From contig OZ253564.1 of assembly GCA_965262915.1 (NCBI GenBank), forward strand, positions 3,392,001 through 3,456,000: DNA of 64,000 nt, written 5' to 3'. Source of the DNA: Candidatus Spongiisociaceae bacterium (GTDB lineage: Bacteria; Actinomycetota; Acidimicrobiia; Spongiisociales; Spongiisociaceae). How positions within the stretch are numbered: the stretch's first letter is position 1; each line of letters starts with the position of its first letter. The notes under the pieces are model-generated. The model was given only the letters and a program-made list of their open reading frames with translations, made no database searches and was not told the origin of the DNA. Below are positions 58,328-64,000 of this stretch, one piece after another. Both the position numbers and the translations under genes were made by a program.

Positions 58328-59311
58328 TCAGTGGCCCGGACAGCCAGATTCACGGTCCTGTCCACCGATCACTTCAGAATGCCCCGGCGACACTCCCAAG
58401 GTCCAACCTTCACCGGCCTGGTGGATGACTCCCCCGTAGACATCCGACATGTTCCCCAACTCTTCCTCGTCGATCCCGGCGCTGATACTCGGCCCGATAT
58501 GGGTCAGCACCAGTGCGCCGACATCGGCGGCCCGGGCCATCCTGGCGGCGCCCAGCGTGCCCGTCTGGCCGGGAGCCTCTCCGCTGGCCACCATCGCCGC
58601 TTCCGTGTCCCAGCACATGGACACCAGCACATCGGCGTCTCTGGCAAGTTCGACAACCTCGTCGCACGGTTCGGTATCGCCCGTGTAGACGACAGAACTC
58701 GAACCCACCCTGATCCGGTACGCATTGCAGTCGAGAAAGGGCTGGACGTGGCGGGCCAGACCGGCACTGAACTCGATATCGCCAATGACGAAGTCTTGTC
58801 CAGGATCGACCTCCCGTACCAAGGGGTCGGGAGGGAGGCGCGGCAACTCGCCGCCTCGGTTGAGGTATACGGCGTGGCTGGGCGGCGCCTCCATCCGCGC
58901 ATTCAGATCGGGCCAGAAGACGCCTGATCCGGCACCGAACAACTTCTCGACGAAGTCGCTGGTCGGTGAAGGCCCGTATATCGACAGCTCATCGATGAGC
59001 CCGGCGCCCTGATCCCATCTGCTCAGAAAGAATCCGGGGAAGCCGGCGGTGTGATCGAAGTGATGATGGGTCAGAACGACGGCATCCACATCCGTCGGTT
59101 CGAAGCCCGATCCGACGAGACGGCGGGTGACTCCGGGGCCTGTGTCGAGCAGAACCGCGGTCGTGCGGCTCCGGACCAGGATCGCGGTTCCCCACCTCGC
59201 CGGAGTGGGCGTCGGGGTACCGGCCAACAGAACCGTGACTTCCATCTCGGACGCCGACTCCTCGCCGCCCGTTCCGACAACACCTGCAGGGCGGGGCCGG
59301 GGGATGGCCAT
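58328..59311 (-). CDS. MBL-fold hydrolase, RNase Z/arylsulfatase-like
   Basis: LAGTPTP, LLDTGPG, THHHFDHT, VYTGDT, LVLTH; start may be 59245. Confidence 0.82.
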   Translation of the reverse strand: MAIPRPRPAGVVGTGGEESASEMEVTVLLAGTPTPTPARWGTAILVRSRTTAVLLDTGPGVTRRLVGSGFEPTDVDAVVLTHHHFDHTAGFPGFFLSRWDQGAGLIDELSIYGPSPTSDFVEKLFGAGSGVFWPDLNARMEAPPSHAVYLNRGGELPRLPPDPLVREVDPGQDFVIGDIEFSAGLARHVQPFLDCNAYRIRVGSSSVVYTGDTEPCDEVVELARDADVLVSMCWDTEAAMVASGEAPGQTGTLGAARMARAADVGALVLTHIGPSISAGIDEEELGNMSDVYGGVIHQAGEGWTLGVSPGHSEVIGGQDRESGCPGH

Positions 59312-59471
59312 CTACACCCTCCTTTGGTTTTGGTTTCGATCAGAGATCCCCACGGTCGGAACCCTGCCCGTCGTGGAACCCGCCGGGTTCACCGTCGCAA
59401 TGCCAGACCGGGCCACGCCTAGGTACACATCGGGACTCCGTTGGTCACCGGCGGATACGACCAACGTGGGG

Positions 59472-60473
59472 TCAGCTATCGAATTCGGCAAGGGAAACAG
59501 GACGGCCTTGCTCGATGGATCTGTCCATGGCCAGAGCGGCCACCAAAGCCGCCCGTGCATCATGAAGGCTCAAGGGCCACTCCCGACCGTCGCGTACCCG
59601 GCTGAGAAAGAAAGCGTCCTCGGAGGGTAGCGCCCCGTAGGGTATGCCGTTCGGGTACGAGTAATACCCGGTATGGATGTGCTCCAGGCCGTCAACGCTG
59701 AACACCACCGCAGGCGAGTCGCGCGTCTCCACATACGCGCTCCCCCGAGTTCCGAAGACAGCCAGACGGTGGTCGCTGCGGAGTCCGGAATCGAAGGGCA
59801 GGATCCAGTTGTGGTCGAGAGCGCCGACAGCCCCTGAGGTAAACCGCACGGTGGCCACCGCCGCATCTGGCCCGGGCCCGACAACCGCGTGTTGCGCGGC
59901 CTCCGCATATACTCGCTCGATATCTCCCGCGAGCCACCTCATCACATCGAGGTCGTGAATCGCCATCTCCTGCGGTACGGTCGTACGTCCCGAGATGATC
60001 CTGCCCTCGTAGTCGGGCGCATTCCATCGAGCCGACACATGTACGACTTCACCGAGCCTTCCCTCTGCCGCCGCCTGATGGACCGCTACATAGTTGGGAT
60101 CGAAGCGAAGGGTGTGACCTATGACCAGGCTCCCGGGGGTCGACCCGTCAAGCTCCATCATCCGGTCGGCGTCACCGAGCGAAGAGGCAAACGGCTTCTC
60201 GCAGAAGACATGCAACCCGCGGATCATCCCCGCCTCGACCACCGGCAGGTGCATCTGTTGGGGTGTGCAAACCCAGAGAGCGTCGAGACCTTCTGTGTCA
60301 AGTGCTTCATCGAGGTCAGCTGTGAAGCGGGTCCCTGCAGGTACTCCAGAAGCCGCTGCCGGATCGGTGTCGCAGACCACGGCGAGATCGGCTATCGGGT
60401 TCGCAGCCAGAATTCTGGCGTGTTCACGACCGATCATCCCGTGACCGACGAGTGCGCATCGGACTGGTTGCAT
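59472..60473 (-). CDS. Gfo/Idh/MocA oxidoreductase, paralog of 37445-38440
   Basis: VGHGMIG, FCEKP, GHTLRF, AIHDLD. Confidence 0.9.
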   Translation of the reverse strand: MQPVRCALVGHGMIGREHARILAANPIADLAVVCDTDPAAASGVPAGTRFTADLDEALDTEGLDALWVCTPQQMHLPVVEAGMIRGLHVFCEKPFASSLGDADRMMELDGSTPGSLVIGHTLRFDPNYVAVHQAAAEGRLGEVVHVSARWNAPDYEGRIISGRTTVPQEMAIHDLDVMRWLAGDIERVYAEAAQHAVVGPGPDAAVATVRFTSGAVGALDHNWILPFDSGLRSDHRLAVFGTRGSAYVETRDSPAVVFSVDGLEHIHTGYYSYPNGIPYGALPSEDAFFLSRVRDGREWPLSLHDARAALVAALAMDRSIEQGRPVSLAEFDS

Positions 60474-60789
60474 GGTCGTCCCCTTCCGTCGCCCTAAGCA
60501 GAGGCCGCAATAAAGGCGGGGCGAATTGCTCCGCAAGCGATCCGCTAGCACGGGCCTCGCCGGACCACTGGATCGGTAGCCGCTGATTGTAGTGGCGAAC
60601 GCGTATGCGATAGCCACCAAGAGCATCCGGAGCGCTGCCCTCCGCGCGAGCCGGCCCGTGGCGGCATGGCCTCGGAAGCCCACGCAGCGCGGTAATTCGA
60701 CCCGACGGTCGTCTCGTCAGGAGCCCTTGCGCCACCTCCTACCGGGGATTAGCTTTGAGGTCGATCCGAGTTGCGAGGACAGAGGACAC

Positions 60790-61839
60790 ATGACCGAAAC
60801 ACAGACCGAGCCCGGTACCGTATGGCCCGACCGGGCGAGCATCCGAGCGATGCCAAAGGCCGAGGTGCATGTTCATCTCGAGGGTTGTTTCGAAGTCGTG
60901 GATGTCATCGAGTTGGCAGGCGCGGCGAAGGAACCTCTCCCCCGACCGCCCGAACGCCTCTTTGATTTCGGGGGGTTCGACCACTTCCTCGACTTCCTCG
61001 GCTGGATGGGCGGTCTTGTCCGGACCCCGGAACAAGCCGCTCGTGTCGCTTACCGCTTCGCCGCACGGGAAGCCGCTTCGGGGGTGCGATATGCGGACGT
61101 GGTGATCAACCTGACTCACTGGCCCGCGTGGCGGGACCGGCGTGATCAGTTCATCGACGCGTTGGACGCCGGCTTCCGTGGAGCTGAGGAGGACGGCCTG
61201 ACGAAGGTCGGTGTGTGCCTCAGCGTGATGAGGCAGCAGACCGCGCGGGAGGCCGTGGAACTGGCCGAGTGGATGGTCGATCGCCGGCACCCTCGCGTCG
61301 TTGCGCTGTCAATCGACGGTAACGAGGCCGCCATAGGCAGAACGAGCCCAAGGTTCGCAGAGGCGTTCCGGATCGCGGGAGAGGGCGGACTGAAGCGAGC
61401 GGTCCATGCCGGTGAGTCCTCAGGCCCGGAAGGCGTGCGTGATGCGATAGACATCCTCGGTGCCGACCGCGTCGACCACGGTGTGCGCGCGGTCGAGGAC
61501 AAGACCTTGGTTCGGGAACTCGCCGACCGCCAGGTCCCGCTTTGCGTCTGCGTGGGGTCGAACGTGATCATCGGTCTGGCTCCGGATCGTCGATCTCATC
61601 CCGCGGATGAGTTACGTCGAGCCGGGGTGAAGATCTCCCTGAATACCGACGATCCGGCCTACTACGAGACATCCCTCGAAGACGAGTATCTGGAGGTGAC
61701 CAAGGCGTACTCCTGGACTCCGGAGATACTGAGGTCGGTGGCGCGTAACGCCGTCGAAACTGCCTTCTGCGATGACGGTACTCGGGCCGAGCTGCTGGCC
61801 GACCTGGCGTCGTGGGATCAGATTGCGGCTACGGGATAG
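60790..61839 (+). CDS. add: Adenosine/adenine deaminase family
   Basis: MPKAEVHVHLEG, VHAGE, RVDHGV, LNTDDP. Confidence 0.85.
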   Translation: MTETQTEPGTVWPDRASIRAMPKAEVHVHLEGCFEVVDVIELAGAAKEPLPRPPERLFDFGGFDHFLDFLGWMGGLVRTPEQAARVAYRFAAREAASGVRYADVVINLTHWPAWRDRRDQFIDALDAGFRGAEEDGLTKVGVCLSVMRQQTAREAVELAEWMVDRRHPRVVALSIDGNEAAIGRTSPRFAEAFRIAGEGGLKRAVHAGESSGPEGVRDAIDILGADRVDHGVRAVEDKTLVRELADRQVPLCVCVGSNVIIGLAPDRRSHPADELRRAGVKISLNTDDPAYYETSLEDEYLEVTKAYSWTPEILRSVARNAVETAFCDDGTRAELLADLASWDQIAATG

Positions 61840-61863
61840 GATGACACGGATGGGTTCTGGCCG

Positions 61864-62715
61864 GTGAAACCCCCTCGGTTCAGGTACGCACGCCCGAACT
61901 CGGTGGACGAAGCTGTCTATCTGATCGCCACGGGTGATCCCCACGTCCAGTTGCTCGCGGGCGGGCAAAGCTTGATCCCACTCCTGAACTTCCGTCTCGC
62001 CCACCCTGCCCTGCTGGTCGATCTCAACTTCCTTGACCAGCTGACACGTATCACGGAGGACGACGGGTGGCTGGTCCTCGGATCGATGGTCCGGCTCAGA
62101 GCGGCCGAGACCTCCGAAGTCGTAGCGTCGGCCTGCCCGCTCCTGACCGCGGCTCTGCGTCACGTCGGGCACCTTCAGATCAGGAACCGTGGGACCATTG
62201 GGGGGAGCATCGCCCATGCCGATCCGGCTGCGGAGTTGCCTGCACTGGCCGTCGGTCTCGGCGGGCAAATCGTCGCGCAGAGCGTCCGCGGGCTTCGGGT
62301 GATAGAGGCGCCGGACTTCTTCTTGGATCCGTTCCTCACTTCCCTCGCGGATGACGAACTGATAGTCGAGGTCAGGCTTCCGAAGTTCCCAGGCGAGAGA
62401 ACAGCCTTCGCTGAGTTCTCACGCCGAGCCGGAGACTTCGCTCTTGCCGGAGTGGGAGTCTCGATCTCGTATGATCTCGGGTATGTCACCAAAGCTCGTC
62501 TGGGCGCGCTGGGTGTCGGTTCGACGCCGGTGAGGCTCAGGGAGGCAGAAGCAGCACTCCTCGATAGACCCCTGTCCGATGAGGTGATCAGGGACGCTTC
62601 TATCGTCGCCAGTCGCGAAGTGGAACCGCTTGAGGACATACATGGTGATAGCCAGTATCGAAGGGAGATACTTGCCGTACTCCTCTCACGTTCGCTTCAG
62701 GAGGTGGGGGCATGA
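61864..62715 (+). CDS. Molybdenum hydroxylase FAD-binding subunit (CoxM/CutM-like)
   Basis: MKP..F.Y.RP, LAGGQSL, IRNRGTIGGSIAHADPAAE, GDFA. Confidence 0.9.
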   Translation: MKPPRFRYARPNSVDEAVYLIATGDPHVQLLAGGQSLIPLLNFRLAHPALLVDLNFLDQLTRITEDDGWLVLGSMVRLRAAETSEVVASACPLLTAALRHVGHLQIRNRGTIGGSIAHADPAAELPALAVGLGGQIVAQSVRGLRVIEAPDFFLDPFLTSLADDELIVEVRLPKFPGERTAFAEFSRRAGDFALAGVGVSISYDLGYVTKARLGALGVGSTPVRLREAEAALLDRPLSDEVIRDASIVASREVEPLEDIHGDSQYRREILAVLLSRSLQEVGA

Positions 62716-63209
62716 CCTCCCAACCTGTTCACGAGGGGCTCCACGGGGTCGAAGAACTCGACATCACGTTGGTTGTGAACGGCGATGAGGTTTGTGCCAC
62801 TGTGCCGGTGCGAATGCTGCTATCCGATTTTCTTCGCGATGAGCTACGTCTACGAGGTGTCCGTATCGGATGCGAGCACGGAGTCTGTGGAGCTTGCACC
62901 GTTGTGTTGAATGGTGCGGCCGTCCGCTCATGTATTCTGCTGGCTGTACAATCGGACGGCGCCGCCATAACCACTATTGAAGGGCTGACACCGGAGACCG
63001 GTCTGGGTCTTCTCCAAGAAGCGTTCAGGGATCATGACGGCCTGCAGTGTGGATTCTGTACATCCGGTTTTATCGTCACCCTTTCATCCCTCGATCCGGA
63101 TGACTTTCCGGGTGATGACGGGATACGGGAAGCCATATCGGGCAACCTATGTCGATGTACCGGCTACCGAGGCATAGTTGACGCCGTTCGGTCTGCTTGG
63201 GGGAGGTAG
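62712..63209 (+). CDS. Molybdenum hydroxylase 2Fe-2S subunit (CoxS-like)
   Basis: GCEHGVCGACT, RSC, QCGFCT, GNLCRCTGY. Confidence 0.92.
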   Translation: MTSQPVHEGLHGVEELDITLVVNGDEVCATVPVRMLLSDFLRDELRLRGVRIGCEHGVCGACTVVLNGAAVRSCILLAVQSDGAAITTIEGLTPETGLGLLQEAFRDHDGLQCGFCTSGFIVTLSSLDPDDFPGDDGIREAISGNLCRCTGYRGIVDAVRSAWGR

Positions 63210-63307
63210 GCACCTCCTCACCCCTCCGCCGGCCTGCGTGATAAGCTCCAGCCGGTATCGGCCACCGGTCCATCCGGCACATGGGGTCGATTCAAGAGGG
63301 AGGAATC

Positions 63308-64000
63308 ATGCGAAAGCGTCGCATCTGGCAACTGCTCACCCTATTCGCGAGCTTCATGCTCGTGGCGGCGGCCTGTGGCGATGACGGTGAAGCCGGAACT
63401 ACCACCGCCGCGCCCACGACCGCGGCCCCCACCACGACGGCTGCCCCTACGACTACGGAGGCCTCGGAGCCGCTCAAAGTCGCCTTCATACTGCTGGGAA
63501 GCCCATCCGATGGCGGGTGGAATCTAGGTCACGACCTCGGCAGGCAGGCAGTAGAAGCAGCCTTCGGTGACCGGGTCGAGACGACGGTGAAGGAGAGCGT
63601 CCCCGAGTCTCCCCAGGTCGTTCAGGTCATCGACGATCTGGTTGCCGATGGCTACAACATGATCTTCGGAACATCGTTCGGCTACATGGACTTCATGCTC
63701 GAGGCCGCCGAGAAGTATCCAGACGTCATCTTCGAGCATGCTACGGGGTACAAGACGGCGCCGAACATGGCCAACTACACGGGAGCCCAGGAAGACGCGA
63801 AGTACCTGGCGGGTATGGCAGCGGGCGCCGCATCCGAGACCGGCAAGCTCGGCTACGTGGCCCCATTCCCGATTCCCTTGATAATCAAGGCCGTCAATGC
63901 GTGGGCCCTCGGAGCTCAGGCTGTGAATCCGGACACCACGGTCGAGGTCGTATGGCTCAACTCCTGGTTCGATCCCGCGGCGGAGCGTCAGGCGGCCGAG
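63308..64000 (+). CDS. BMP-family (purine nucleoside) ABC substrate-binding lipoprotein, runs off the right edge
   Basis: Manual translation: VAAAC lipobox, TTAAP linker, DGGWN..HD.GR, IFGTSFGYMD, YLAGMAAG, SWFDP. Confidence 0.88.
   Translation, partial: MRKRRIWQLLTLFASFMLVAAACGDDGEAGTTTAAPTTAAPTTTAAPTTTEASEPLKVAFILLGSPSDGGWNLGHDLGRQAVEAAFGDRVETTVKESVPESPQVVQVIDDLVADGYNMIFGTSFGYMDFMLEAAEKYPDVIFEHATGYKTAPNMANYTGAQEDAKYLAGMAAGAASETGKLGYVAPFPIPLIIKAVNAWALGAQAVNPDTTVEVVWLNSWFDPAAERQAAE

Noticed and set aside
61864-63209. Calling these genes aerobic CO dehydrogenase coxMS
   Set aside because: Specificity is set by the large subunit, which is not in the window; the context suggests a purine/heterocycle hydroxylase
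63210-63307. Possible riboswitch before the BMP gene (CCTCCTC could pair with the GAGGGAGG RBS)
   Set aside because: No recognisable purine or other aptamer consensus; such pairing is easy to obtain by chance at this GC content
1-64000. Many long alternative-frame or antisense ORFs (e.g. 10846-12174, 31556-32881, 53209-54282, 55194-56591, 57083-58264)
   Set aside because: Shadows of real genes in high-GC DNA; Arg/Pro/Gly-rich or antisense, with no family motifs

Overview
High-GC bacterial DNA, most consistent with an Acidimicrobiia-type actinobacterium (SLH-anchored proteins, Thr/Ala/Pro-linker lipoprotein SBPs, a DUF222-HNH gene, DtxR/IdeR-like boxes). A plant-type LRR domain hints at a host-associated lifestyle, but this is inference. 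The window holds: a PBP4/LRR/SLH fusion; a class-IV aminotransferase + Dpp-type ABC + cupin + phosphotriesterase-like operon; an accessory patch with three homologous small-membrane-peptide units, each with an RBS-occluding hairpin; MFS, HNH, sthA and a DrrAB-type exporter; an iron locus (Fbp-type ABC + ferritin); DUF2339; a SAM-I/IV-like riboswitch followed by a uORF and a one-Cys OsmC-family gene; a ~30 kb catabolic island of unknown substrate (30.9-60.5 kb) whose enzymes carry several non-canonical active-site motifs; and the start of a purine/nucleoside cluster (adenosine deaminase family, CoxM/CoxS-type subunits, BMP lipoprotein). I also found three CTAG-flanked MITE-like elements and five frameshifted or truncated genes. 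No rRNA, tRNA or CRISPR array was seen. All calls come from motif recognition by eye; no searches were run.
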